Source: Chiloscyllium plagiosum
Taxonomy: Eukaryota
Length of the DNA: 64,000 nt
Reading direction: 5' to 3'
Assembly: GCF_004010195.1 (NCBI RefSeq)
Contig: NC_057716.1
Coordinates: 81,287,883-81,351,882 of the forward strand
The translations under genes were made by a program, and so were the position numbers. Position 1 is the first letter of the stretch, and every line of letters begins with the position of its first letter. The notes below the pieces were generated by a model that worked only from the letters and a program-made list of their open reading frames with translations, did not search any database and had not been told where the DNA came from. Below are positions 13,301-25,385 of the stretch, one piece after another.

Positions 13301-16300
13301 TTTAAAAAAGACATAAACGATTCAGAAAACACAAAACCTAAAGTGGAGCCATTTAAAATGGATTTGAACTATCCAGCACCATTGAATTTCTTGTTTTATT
13401 ATAAACATTGGTGTAATCAAGTAACAAAAGGTTGAAAGGTTGTAAATCAATTTAGATAGGTGACCTTTGTTGCTCATGTTTCTGACCCGACTGATATGTC
13501 AACCATGGCAACCTTAAACAGATTTTGATAGAGCCAGTCACATACTTCATTTAAATTGCAGTTTAAAAGCACTTAAATTGGTCTTATTTGCATTCGACAA
13601 ATGGGAATGTGATGAGCAAAATGATAAAATATATGTAATATAGCATATCTGATTTTGCTAGCAAATAAGGAGCTCTTGACTCTTAAGCTGAAGGATTTTA
13701 AGATAGACTGCATTGCGCTAAATGTAAATGATCAAAAGTTGTATTACTAAGACTACGTTTGAAAATATACTGAGAAAACAACAGAGTTGTATTACTTAAA
13801 TATGTAATTAACAAATTTATTACAAATTCTTTGCACTTCCTTGCGTATTCAGCTTTCTGGCAGATGAACATTAATTCATAATGGCAGAATGAAGCTAATT
13901 TCAACACTTTGGAGAAATGAATGCCTTTTTGTGCAGCGTGTTACACTTATCTACATGCCGCATTATTGTAATAAGTACATTCAAGAATAATTTCTTTTCA
14001 AATATTTTTACAAATCTCTCCCTCATTTGCATGCAAGTAAGTTGTCAGCTTAAATCTTTGAAATGCAAAATGTATCTCATTTCTATATTTCATCAAGGGG
14101 TCTTTCATGTTTAATAAATTACAACTTAGATCCACAAAGACTTTGTTTTTCCCTAACTAAAAGCAAAAGGATATGGTTAAAATCTAAATCAGAACCTGCA
14201 AGGTTATTTGCATGTTGCTGACACTTCGCTACATGAGGCTTAATTCCAGCAAGCTGATTCTCATAGCAAGGATATAATTTAAATTGCCTGAAAAAAAGAG
14301 TAACTTTATTGTACATTTGCACTTATGCTCCTGTTTGGACAAAGTATCCTGATTTACTCTTGGTTGGAAACACAGTATAATAACTTTAAGTGTAATACTC
14401 AGCATGTTAACAGGTTTTCAAATTGCCAACATTATTGGTTAAAGAGCAAAGAATGAGATACTATCCCAGTTGTATTCCTGAAAATATTTCTGCATGAACA
14501 AAACATATTTCCATAAAATGTGACAAGTATTGTGTATCAACAAGAGTAGATTAGGCTCCAAAAAAACAATCAGCACTCAAGATATCTTTCAAAAAGCTAG
14601 AGATCTGCTTGTTTCTTTTCAGGACACCGACAGGACTGATATACAATTGTCTCGGTGCAAATTGTTTAGTCTATTTATCTACAATGTGCCACCACAGATT
14701 AAATCAAACTCTTTGAAAGGGAGAGTTACTCTAGAAAATATTATGTTTCTGTATCTTTACAAAACCTCATAACAGCAAAATGCATAGAATGACCAGGGTG
14801 CTAAGAAATATCTTGATATTCTGTGAAAAATATTCGTATTTAGGATAAAAATTAACATCAAGGTTACAACATATTGTTTGCCTAAAGCTTTCACAAATTG
14901 CGATTTTTAAAATTGGAATAATAAACAATTTAATCTGCTTTTCTTCATAATTTTTGTTATGTTGGTAGAATATTGTACATGCAGCATTCTTTGCGCAGTT
15001 CCTACAATAGCCATGAGGTGTACCGTGTGTGAGGTAACAAGAAATAAATCATTGTAGTCACAGAAACAGTAATCCTTGCTGAGCATTTTGAACTGATTGA
15101 TATAAATAACATCTTTGCAACCATCTGTCCAAAGAGGGACCTTTCCAGGCAGTGTTAAGCTACAACGGCAGAATAATTAATGAATGGTGTCCTTTGTACT
15201 AGTAATAAAGACAAGACAAATTATGTTATAATCCAACTACCGGTCATTTTTCAACGCCAAATAAAATGACAAGTAAAAGTTCGAAGTACTGTATCTGCTT
15301 AATACACTCTGACCTACCTTTCTTTTTAACAATATCAGTAATTTTTGTGTGAGTCTGATTATTCATGAAATGGTTGGCATTAAATTTGTCAGAAAAAATG
15401 TAATTATGAAAGAAAGTACTTTGATGTTTGTGTATATTAAATCATCTGCAGCTTGCAGTCCGTAGTCAGCACACTGTAGTCTACACTGTGCTGAGGGACC
15501 AATAGTTGGCACACTGAAGGGAGATGTCATCCAGCCCTTGAGCATGTTCAGCAAGTCCCAATGCACCTAGGTTTATGAGGCCATAGTGTGGCTGTGCGCC
15601 TAGAGAGCATACTAACCTCTTGGGCAGACGGGTAGGGTTGTTTTATGTCAGTCTGAGCTGGAATGAGCCACGTGTTGAAAAATGGGCTGGAATTAGTGTC
15701 TGAACTGTATTTAGTCAGTTTCTTTTATTACTGGACTTGTTTGAAGGCTGCACCATATTAGAGGAAAACATGGTTTCTGCTCAATTTTAAATTGCACCTT
15801 TGCCAAGATGTCATTTAAAGATCCTGTAGCAATAACTTTTGGTGATGTCATTGCTGATGGTTGATGTCATCCTGTCATTTTGCATTTGGCCAACTCTGAG
15901 ATGAGAAATTGTGCAAATAGCTTCCTGGTACTGAATGAAAAATCACACAGACCCCTTTGCCAATTGACCAGTCTTTGCTCTTCCAGATTGTTTTAATAAT
16001 TATGTTGAAATGATAAACAGGCAAAAAAGTGATTATGGCATTTGATTCAAATATCAAATGGACACAGATTTTGATCATTTCAGATGTTCTTTATGCTGCA
16101 CTGTTACAAAGTGGAGTTGTACACATATCACAATATATTGCATGTATATCACAAGACACTTCTGCACATAGCTTATTATTAATTATATTGATTTTATCAA
16201 ACATATCTTTACCATTATGTGAGTTGACAGACAGATTTATATTTATTATTCAAGGCAGAATATCAAAAATAGGCAGAGCTAAAAAATATTTTGTTTTAGT

Positions 16301-17254
16301 ACCTGCTTATTTAACATGGAAATGACAAACTGGGAAAGGATGTTTCTGAAGCTTGTTGGCAGCCCTTATAGATCTGAGGAAGAGAAGAATAAGCTCTTTG
16401 TTTGACTCTCAATGGCAAAAAGAGAATGTGCATTAATTTTTTTTTGTAAATTCATTTGGAATAGTAATGTTTTCCACTACTCTCAAGACCTGCATGTTAT
16501 CTGGCAAGACTGATTCTCAGGTTTGATTCCATTTATATCAAGATTACAAGCCACAGGAAGCAAAACTTAAAATAAAATAAAAATCAGATGTTTGACAGCA
16601 AGGTCCCTCACCTCATATTGTACTTATATTTCCCTAATATCCTACATACAATTCAACATTATAGGTATATTTGTAGGAACCAATCTTAAAGATGTGATGA
16701 AAAATGTCATGAAGAAAAGTAAGCCATGGATGATTTCATTTGATTTTGTTTATTATTATCACATGTACCGAGGTACAGTGAAAAGTGCTGTCTTACATGG
16801 TTTATAGGCAAATCATACTTTAAAATAAATCTATGCGATAAACCTATCTGCTTCTGCTTTCTTGTATTAGAGATTAAAATAGTATATTCCATGGCTTTGC
16901 TTTATTTGTAAATATGTCACTAAATTAATTCCAATCTGTACTCGGTGTTTAAAGCTACAACATGCTTTTGAGATCTTTTAAAAATTAAATTATGAATTGG
17001 TTCCTACATTTGAGCCTTCAATTTGCACAACCTGTCCCATATAATCCCATTTACTCTGAAGGAACTAAGCCTCAGATACACATCTGTTGTCAATGATCAT
17101 CAGCCAATATTTATTGCAAATACAATAAATTGAACAATGATAGCTTATTGGTGATGTTTTATGTAGCTTTGAGAAAGAAAATTTAAGGTAGTCTTTGAAA
17201 TCTTCATCAGCAGGCAGAGTTCTTAATATTTTTAAAGCAAAACAAAGGACTTTT

Positions 17255-17400
17255 GACAAGCAATGGGATGATAGGATATTGGGGCTGGGTGGGAGTGTGG
17301 AGCAATCAGGTCAATCATAAGCTTATTGAATGGCACTGCAGACATAAGGGATCAAGTGACTACCTTCTGCTACTCATTAATAAATTCATTTGTTCTTAAG
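17255..17400 (+). mobile_element. Old CR1 3' end
   Basis: ATCAGGTCAATCATAAGCTTATTGAATGGC...AAGGGATCAAGTGACTACCTTCTGCT resembles a CR1 3'UTR. Confidence 0.5.
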
Positions 17401-17699
17401 TGAATTCCAAAGATAGAGAACCTTCGTAACTTGAACTCATGACATGAAAGTGTAACGTATATATTACTTTAGGTGGAAACCTCCCAGGGTCTGAAAGATG
17501 TGGACAAATCAGATCTGTTGGGGGGAAAATGGCAAGAATGAAAAAGAAATAAGATTCTCAAAATCAGAAAAAAAATGCCCAGCTTTGTGCATAAAGTTTT
17601 AATGGCTAAATAATAATCTCACTAGTGTGTGTTATGGAGCCTATTTGCATACATTTTCATTTCTTCAGTACCTGGTCTTACCTCATTTAGCTGTGTTTG

Positions 17700-18570
17700 T
17701 AATTTCCCAGGAATAGGAAAGAACTTAGATAGTGACTATTCCCAACATGAAACTCAGAGTGTTTTTTTGGCAGTTACAAGTCTCTAGCATCTTCTTCAGA
17801 TATCCAACTTGGCCAGTGACCCCTGTGCTTCAGGGCACACTCCATTCATTCTTTCATCCATATTGTTGACATCAGCCAAGCTATAGCCTAACTATACAAC
17901 CAAGTCATACCTTTGACTCATTTATAATAGTTACAAGTATCTACTCGACAATGAGAAAAAGTAACCAGGCATATCCTGTACTCAAAAATCAGGACAAATC
18001 CAACTTAACCAATCACTGTCCAATTAGTCTACTTTCAATCACCTAAAGTGATGGAAGTTGTCATCAAAAATGCTAACAAGCAGCACTTGCTTCGCAGTAA
18101 ATTGCTCTCTGATACCCAATTTGGGTTCCACCGGACCACTCGGCTCCTGACCTCATTACAGCCTTGGTTCAAACAGGGACAACAGAACTGAATTTCAAAG
18201 GTGAGATGACAACTCCTGCCCTTGACATCAAAATTGCACTTGAGTGAGAGTGGCATAAGGAACTCTGACAAAATTAGAGTCTGTGGAAATCAGAGAGAAG
18301 TCTCCATTGCTTGGAATCATAGCTGGCCAAAAGCTGGTTGTGGTTGTTGGAGGTCAGTCTTCCCAGCTCCAGAACATCTGTATCAGAGTTTCTCAGGGTA
18401 GTGTCATTGGCTGAACCATCTGCGGCTGCTTCATCAGTGGCCTTCCCTTCATCATAAAGTCAGGTAGAAATGTACGCTGATGTTCGCAATATTCAGCAAC
18501 ATTAATGATTCATCAGATAATAAAGCAGTCCATATCCAAATGCAATAATACCTGTACAATATTCAGTTCC
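17700..18570 (+). mobile_element. CR1/L2-clade LINE RT fragment (same family as 38945-40340)
   Basis: CAGGACAAATCCAAC, GCCCTTGACATCAA and CAGGGTAGTGTC (QGSV motif) are the reverse complement of segments in 39900-40320. Confidence 0.8.
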
Positions 18571-18959
18571 ATTGGGTCTGTTCTCCCCATCTAACACTTC
18601 ACCTCCCTGTTCTGATGCAGGAGATGGGTGCCTGAATTACGGGCATTGTCACCTAGCAGCAGCATGACAGCAGTGTAGTCTTGAAGAGGTGTTTTTTTTT
18701 TAATGCATTCACAGGATGTGGGGATGTTTATTGCCCATTCCGAGTTGCCCTTGAAAGGCAAACCACCTTTTGAACTGCTGCAGTCCGTTTAGTATTGGTC
18801 TATCAGCAATTATGCCTGAAAGTGCACTTCCATGCAACCTACCTACCCCGCCCCAAAAACACCACTGTCCCAACTTAACCCAACTCACTGCCTTTTCTTT
18901 GTTAGCCGATCTTCTATCCGTGCTGAAATATTTCCTCCAACACCATGAGCTGTTGTCTT

Positions 18960-20720
18960 TTTAAGTAACATTAGATGTGGTACCTTTAAAATGCCTTTAG
19001 AAATGTATCTACTAGTTCCCCTTTATCTATCTATCTTTTACCTCCTCAAAAAATTCTAATAAATTTGTCAGGCATAATTTCCCCTTTACGAAGTCATATT
19101 AGCTCTGCCTGATTATATTATGTATTTGTAAATACAGAGGAACCTCAATTATCCGAACGACACAGGTGGAGAGGATTTTGTTCGGATAATAGAATGTTCG
19201 GATAATTGAATGCCGGATAACACAGTTTAGCCAAGCTTCGGGACCTTGCAATCTAGTTCGGATAATCCAAAATTCGGATAATTGTGTTCCTCTGTACATC
19301 CTTTTATAATCCACTGTAACGTTTTCCCAATGACAGCCATTCAGCTAAATTTTCTACAATTACTTACTTTTTGGCTGTTTTCCTTTTTGAATAAAGGTGT
19401 TATTATGTTGACAGATTTCCAATCCTCTGGGACCTTTACAGAATTGAAAGACTTATGGAAGATTACTACCAATACATTCTCTATCTCTGTAGCTACTTCC
19501 TTTCATATCCGAGGATGCAGCCCATAAGGTCTGGTGGACTTCTTCATCTTTAGCCCCAAGAGTTTCCCTACTTTTTCTCTGGTGATAATTATTGGAATGA
19601 TGTGTCCCTGCCCTCTTTTGTCCCTTGATAATTTTGTATCTTCAGATTAGTGTCTTCCATAGTGAAGAGTGACGTAAGACAATTAATGTATTCCACAATG
19701 AATTGTGATGTAAAACATTCATTCAACTCCTCTGGCAATTCTTTGATCCACTTATTATTCGCAAAGTCTTATTCTCGCAGGTAGCTGAGTTCACTTGAGC
19801 CTCTCTCTTGGTTTATATATATTAAAAAGAGCTTTTGTTTTCTATTTTAATTTCACTTGCTAGTTTACCCTCGTAGTCTGTTTTCTCCCTCTTTTTGTAA
19901 ATCTCATCCTTTGCAGGTTTTTAAAATTTTGCCAATCCTTTGACTATCCATTGATCTGCGCCACATTTAAAGTTTTTTTTTCTTTCCATCCGGTGCTATC
20001 GTTAAACTCCTCAGTAAACCATGGTTGGTTTATCCCCTTTCTCGAATCCTCTTCCTCATTGAGATATATTTTTGCTGGTATCCATTAACTACTTTATTAA
20101 ACATCTGTCATTAATCCTCAACCAACATTTCTGCTAAACTCTTTTCCAAGTCCATGAACATTCCAAGTTAACTCTAACCTCATTCCTTTGAAATTAACCT
20201 TATTTAACATTGGCATTGTTGTTCCTGACACAAGTTTCTCATTCAAACTGAATGTTAAATTCTTCCATATTATGGTCACTGTTTCCTAGGGGATCTTTTA
20301 CTCTGAGATAATTTATTAAACCCTATTTCATTACACAGTACTATACCCAAAATAACTTTTTCTGTGAAACTATCCCAAATAACTATGAATTCCTCCTTGT
20401 GGTTATCTTTGCTAGTTTAGGTATTTCCGGTCTACATGAAGTTCAAAGTCACCCATAATTAAAGCACTGACTATTTTATATCTTATAATCGACTCATTTA
20501 TTCTCTGCCCAGTAATGGCTACTGCTAGGAGTTCTCTAAAATATTCACACTGTCATTTTCTTCCTGTTGTTAATATCTGACCTCCATATACTTTCTACAT
20601 CTTCCATTCTTATTCCATGCATTTCAGAGCCATTCATTTTTCCTTTTGTTCATTTTTATCCTCTTTGACCCTACTTGCTACTGTACTTCCTGTCCCTTCT
20701 TGTCCCACTTCGTCATCATA
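18960..20720 (-). mobile_element. Decayed CR1 LINE ORF2 (RT N-terminal/APE region)
   Basis: TTTGTCAGGCATAATTTCCCCTT is shared with 8368-8390. CCAATCCTCTGGGACC reads VPEDW on the minus strand. Confidence 0.7.
19135..19294. mobile_element. Tigger/pogo-like (Tc1-mariner) MITE, 160 bp, TA target-site duplication
   Basis: TA|CAGAGGAACCTCAATTATCCGAA ... TTCGGATAATTGTGTTCCTCTG|TA terminal inverted repeats, with internal TTCGGATAAT repeats. Confidence 0.85.
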
Positions 20721-23404
20721 ACTATTACTGGGCAGAGAATAAATTGACACTTACCATTGCGGAGTACAGAAGCATTCGTGCAACTTTGCTGTGCATTCCT
20801 CTGGACCATAGACTCCACATTGACTTGGATGGCAATTGCAGACCAGGCTAGAAGGGTCTTGGAGTTGTTTCCTCTGTCAGTCCTGAGGAAATAGATGGGT
20901 GCTGCCCATCACCAACTCCTCCAGGTTCCTGTCCACAAATCAGAGTGTAAGCTTGCTTCTGTTGGTCATCTCAAGGGCAAACTTTCTTACATTGGAACTG
21001 AGAAAGGCATTTCCTGGATTGAGCATTTAACCTGATGCATCCCTGGACTTTAAATAGAGCGCCAATGACTAGAAATCCATAAGATGCAGGCAGCAACAAG
21101 CACTTCCATTATGGGTGACCACATAAGAGCAGCACTATGGGGGAATAGTCCACAGGTGATGAGGAAAAGAGCGGACAAATGCATGAGAAAACTCATTGGA
21201 GCTCACAAAGAGAAGCTCTCAGTGAAACTCCCCATAATTGATTAACCATGGGATCAATTATAGATTAACTAAACTCACTGCTCTTGGTGTACAAAAGAAA
21301 TTGTTGCAAATCAAATGCCTTTTAAAGCTTTGAGAATAGGTCTTGTTTACAATTTGTTAACTAGGAAATTATGCTGTAGGGAGCTGCAGGTTTTGACATG
21401 AAATTTCACTTGAAAAGACCATAACAGCAGTGCTGTATGGGAGGTGTTGCCAGTGCAGTGGCTCTTTATGCCCATGTGGGATTGAGTCAGTAGGCACAAC
21501 AGCTGCACCCAAAGCTGGCAGCAGACAGTCATGAGTCCTGCTGTCACTGCTAGAGAAAATAGGAAACCAAAGCTGGTAGGTATGCCATTAATGTCCTTTG
21601 AAGTTTCATGTCATTTTAAGGTGTACTGTGTTTCACATCATTTTCCAGAAGTTCCGTTTAATAACAAATGTTTGCCACATCAACATGCATTATTATAAAC
21701 TGCATCCCTGATCTGCACATTCTGCCAGCAAGCTGAACAAATTCATTGACAATCTGAACAGCTGCTATCATCAGCTGTTATTATTCTACATTAAGCTGCC
21801 TTTTTTGCTATTTTTGTCAATTTTAATTGTACATTGTTTGAGATGGTGCCTGGAAGTGGCAGCATAACTAGGTACAATTGTATGCAAAAAATAGCTAGCA
21901 TTTTTCAAAGTAACAATATCAAAATAACCGAATACTAGAATAAGATAGGTTCTCTCATCTATTCCAGCATCCTTATCATTTAAGTCCATGCTATGATCTC
22001 ATATGAACTGTTTTTATTTCCCTCTCCACTCAGTGTAAAACTTCACCCCTCTGGTCCCTGTTGAATTAAAGATTTGTTCATTTCCTACAAAAGCCATAAC
22101 TGAGTTTCTATTTTGTTTCTGCCCTTGTTTGCCCTACCTTCCACAAATTTACTGAAGAGTTCCTCTGTGACACTATCACTGCAATGCTGAAGTACTGAAA
22201 TAAAAACAGAATATTCTGGAAATATCAACAAAGCAGAAGCATATTTGGAAAAAAAAGAAAGTAAGAGTCACATATTTATATAGCACTTTGTCCAGCTTCT
22301 GGAAGTCCCAAGTGCTTTACTAACATTACAGCCACTATTGTAATGGTGAAAACAGAGTTTACTTTTCGGGTCAAGGATCTTTGTTCAGAACTGAAAGATG
22401 TTAGAGATATGCATTCTTTAAGCAAGTGACATGAACAGGTATGTGAGGCAAGGGAAATTCCCATCAGGAAGAAGAATAGAATTTCTTCCAGCCAGTCAAA
22501 CTGGAATTGCTTAGCAAATCAGCCAGTATTTGCAGAGAAGGCAACAGAGCTAACACTTCAGGTCGGTGACCATTCAGTTAAGTTAGGAAATGGTCCTATT
22601 GTGCTAAATTAGCACAGATAAATGTGTCATGAGGGCCATCAGGTTAACTGGTAAACTCATCCATAATGACCCACTTGGCATCAAGTTCTACCTGTAAATT
22701 CATAGACTAGAAATCTCTGCTGTCAATGTATACTTGCACATTCTCATCATTACAAAGTAATTAGGGAAGTCGATAATAGCAAACAATTCTTTTTTTTGTT
22801 AGTTCTTCAGGCTCATTTGGAAGCTAAGTTAACAATTTGTCATCCTCAGTGCAGCAACAGTGCATTGAGAAATTGTTTCAGACATTTCTGACTGAGTGAT
22901 GCCGATGGTTGCTATGGCAGGGGTCTGAAAGGTGCCAGTGGCACAGAAGGTAAATGCAGGAGACGCCTTCACTGGCACTGACAGTAAATCTGATGTGAGC
23001 CTGACATTCCTAATCTATTTTAATGTCTTCAGAGGTCAGAGTTTTGTTTAATAATCGTAAGTCTGTCCCATCATTATAGTGAATCAGTGGCACATCCCTA
23101 AACATCAAAGGGTGTACTACTTTACTGAATTCTAGTATGTGCACATAAAATAACTCAATTATTTGAAATCTGCAATAACAACGTAATTAACAGCCATTTT
23201 ATACTGTATTCCATCTTTCATTAATTGCCGAAAAGTAAAAATAAAGTCTGATGTTGCGGATAAAGCATAATGCAAAGACTCTAGCACAGAATTTTGTGAA
23301 TACACATATTTTGGCTCAAAGTGCCAAATACACACAATGGTAAAATAGGTCAACACACAAATGCCCAGGCTACAGAACATATCCAAAGCAACACTTGGAC
23401 CAAA

Positions 23405-23534
23405 AGTAGTCATGATTTGGAGAAGCCAGTGTTCAACTGGGGTGTAAAAAGTTAAAAATCACACAACACCAGATTATAGTCCAACAGGTTTAAATGGAAG
23501 CACACTAGCTTTCGGAGTGCCGCTCCTTCATCAA
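23405..23534 (-). mobile_element. PLE terminal element (family C) with degenerate hammerhead core
   Basis: GTAGTCATGATTTGGAGA...AAAATCACACAACACCAG...CACTAGCTTTCGGAG...CTCCTTCATCA; same family as 36499-36662. Confidence 0.7.
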
Positions 23535-23672
23535 GAGCTTTAACAAAGGGTCAGTTAGACTCGAAACATCAGCTCTTTTCTCTCCTTACAGATGCTGCCA
23601 GACCTGCTGAGATTTTCCAGCATTTTCTCTTTTGGTTTCATATTCCAGCATCCGCAGTAATTTGCTTTTATC
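23535..23672 (+). mobile_element. PLE terminal element (family D) with degenerate hammerhead core
   Basis: GAGCT-TTAACAA-AGGGTCAGTTAGACTC-GAAACATC-AGCTC followed by CAGATGCTGCCAGACCTGCTGAG. Confidence 0.7.
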
Positions 23673-23757
23673 TAATTATCTGTCCTGCCTTCAAGATGTT
23701 CTCAGGAACTTCTCCTGGGTCACTTCCTGTTTCAAGCACTATATATGTTGATCTCCT

Positions 23758-24083
23758 TTAGATTCCCTACAGTATGGAAACAGGCCCTTCGGCCCAACAA
23801 GTCCACAACGACCCTCCGAAGAGTTACCCGTCCAGACCCATTCCCCTACCCTACATTTACCCCTGACTAATGCACCGAATTTAGTGGGCAATTTAGCATG
23901 GCCAATTAACTTGACCTGCACGTCTTTGGATTGTGGGAGGAAACCGGAGCGGCTAGAGAAGATCCACACAGACACTGGGAGCATGTGCAAACACCACGCA
24001 GACAGTCGCCCGAGGTGGGAATGGAACCCGAGTCCCTGATACTGTGAGGCAGCAGTGCTAACCACTGAGCCACCGTGCCACCC
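23758..24083 (-). mobile_element. HE1 SINE, near full length
   Basis: GGGTGGCACGGTGGCTCAGTGGTTAGCACTGCTGCCTCACAG head, V-domain and GGGCCGAAGGGCCTGTTTCC tail on the minus strand. Confidence 0.92.
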
Positions 24084-24670
24084 TAAAAGTGAGGAGCTTT
24101 GAAAGTTTCTTTTTCTGTTTATGTAGACTGTCATTATGGTGATAGTGCATTTATAAGCAAAATTCTATCTACCCCATAAACCAATTTCTTCCACACAGCT
24201 CTTAGGGAAAATATTAAGATATAAAGCCACTTTTAAAAGTTGATTAACTTTTTTGAAAACATTATGGCCCAAGGATATTCCAAGGGGTGGCAGTTGGATT
24301 GCCTCCTTTTCTCAGTAATTGATGTCTGAGATTTAAATGTGCAGCAGTACAGCCAGACACTTTGAGATCTGCTGTGAAAGGGTAAGCCTGTAAGGTAAAT
24401 ATAAGGCTGGTCTGCTAGGTGGGTAGGGTTTCTATGTAAGTTAAATAGGGTGCGAAGTGGGTATCATAGAATCCCTACAGTGTGGGAACAGGCCATTTGG
24501 TCCAACAAGTGCACACCCATCCTCTGAAGAGTATCCCACCCAGACCCAATCCCCTGCTCTATTATTTTACATTTCCCCTGACTAATGCACCCAGCTAACA
24601 CATCCCTGAACACTGTAGGCAATTTAGCATGGCCAATTCACTTAACCTGCACATCTTTGGACTGTGGGAG

Positions 24671-24798
24671 GAAAATGTGAGGACTGCAGATGCTGGAGAT
24701 CAGAGCTTAAAAATGTGTTGTTGGAAAAGCGCAGCAGGTCAGGCAGCATCCAAGGAGAAGGAGAATCGACGTTTCGGGCATAAGCCCTTCTTCAGGAA
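24671..24798 (-). mobile_element. PLE terminal fragment (family A) nested in HE1
   Basis: GTGAGGACTGCAGATGCTGGAGATCAGAGC...GACGTTTCGGGCATAAGCCCTTCTTCAGG; closely matches 58126-58234. Confidence 0.85.
24764..24798 (-). ncRNA. Minimal type I hammerhead ribozyme core (PLE-associated)
   Basis: Minus strand: CUGAAGA-A-GGGC(UUAU)GCCC-GAAA-CGUC. The catalytic boxes are intact, helix II is perfect and ACGU forms a palindromic helix III; helix I is weak. Confidence 0.6.
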
Positions 24799-25057
24799 CT
24801 GGAGCACCCGGAGGAAACCCACGTAGACACGGGAAGAATATGCAATCTCCACACAGACAGTTGCCCGGGGCTGGAATTGAACCCAGGTCCCTGGCGCTGT
24901 GAGGCAGCAGTGCTAACCACTGAGGCACCATGTCACCTTAGGTTTTAGGTAGGTGGATAAGACGTTGCTATATTGCTAGGGTTCTTGGAAAATGATAGCG
25001 TGCTTAGCTTGTGTGATGGGGACGTGAGAGTAGGTGGGTGTGTCAGGGCTACCAGCC

Positions 25058-25385
25058 GGGGAGGCGATAGCCTGGTGGTATGACCACTGGATCATTAATC
25101 CAGAGATCCAGGTTATGTTCTGCGGACTTGTGTTCAAATCCCACCATGGCAGATGGTGGAATTTGAATTCAAGAAAAAAAAATCTGGAATTGAGTGTCTA
25201 ATGATGCCTCTTGAACCCATTGCCAATTGTTGGGAAAAAGTCATCTGGTTCACTAATGTCATGTGGTAAAGGAAACTGCCATCCTTACCTGGTTTGGCCT
25301 ACATGTGACTCCAGACCACAGTACATAACTGCCTTCTGGGATGGCCTAGTCAGCGACATACTCACCCAATGAATGAAGAAAAAGA
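25058..25385 (+). mobile_element. tRNA-derived SINE, second family (3' tail shared with the LINE at 38945)
   Basis: GGGAGGCGATAGCCTGGTGGTA head, GTTCAAATCC B box, CCTACATGTGACTCCAGAC core and AATGAATGAA tail. Confidence 0.75.

Larger units (their letters stand above)
24463..24937 (-). mobile_element. HE1 SINE interrupted by a PLE terminal fragment
   Basis: The HE1 sequence breaks at GGACTGTGGGAGGAA and resumes at CTGGAGCACCCGGAGG. Confidence 0.9.

Noticed and set aside
19150-19290. Regularly spaced TTCGGATAAT repeats resembling a CRISPR-like array
   Set aside because: Repeats are 10 bp with irregular spacing inside a TA-flanked MITE in vertebrate DNA; no cas genes.
24000-24083. tRNA-like sequence with A and B boxes (also in other SINE heads)
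   Set aside because: It continues directly into SINE body and LINE-like tail, so it is not a tRNA gene.
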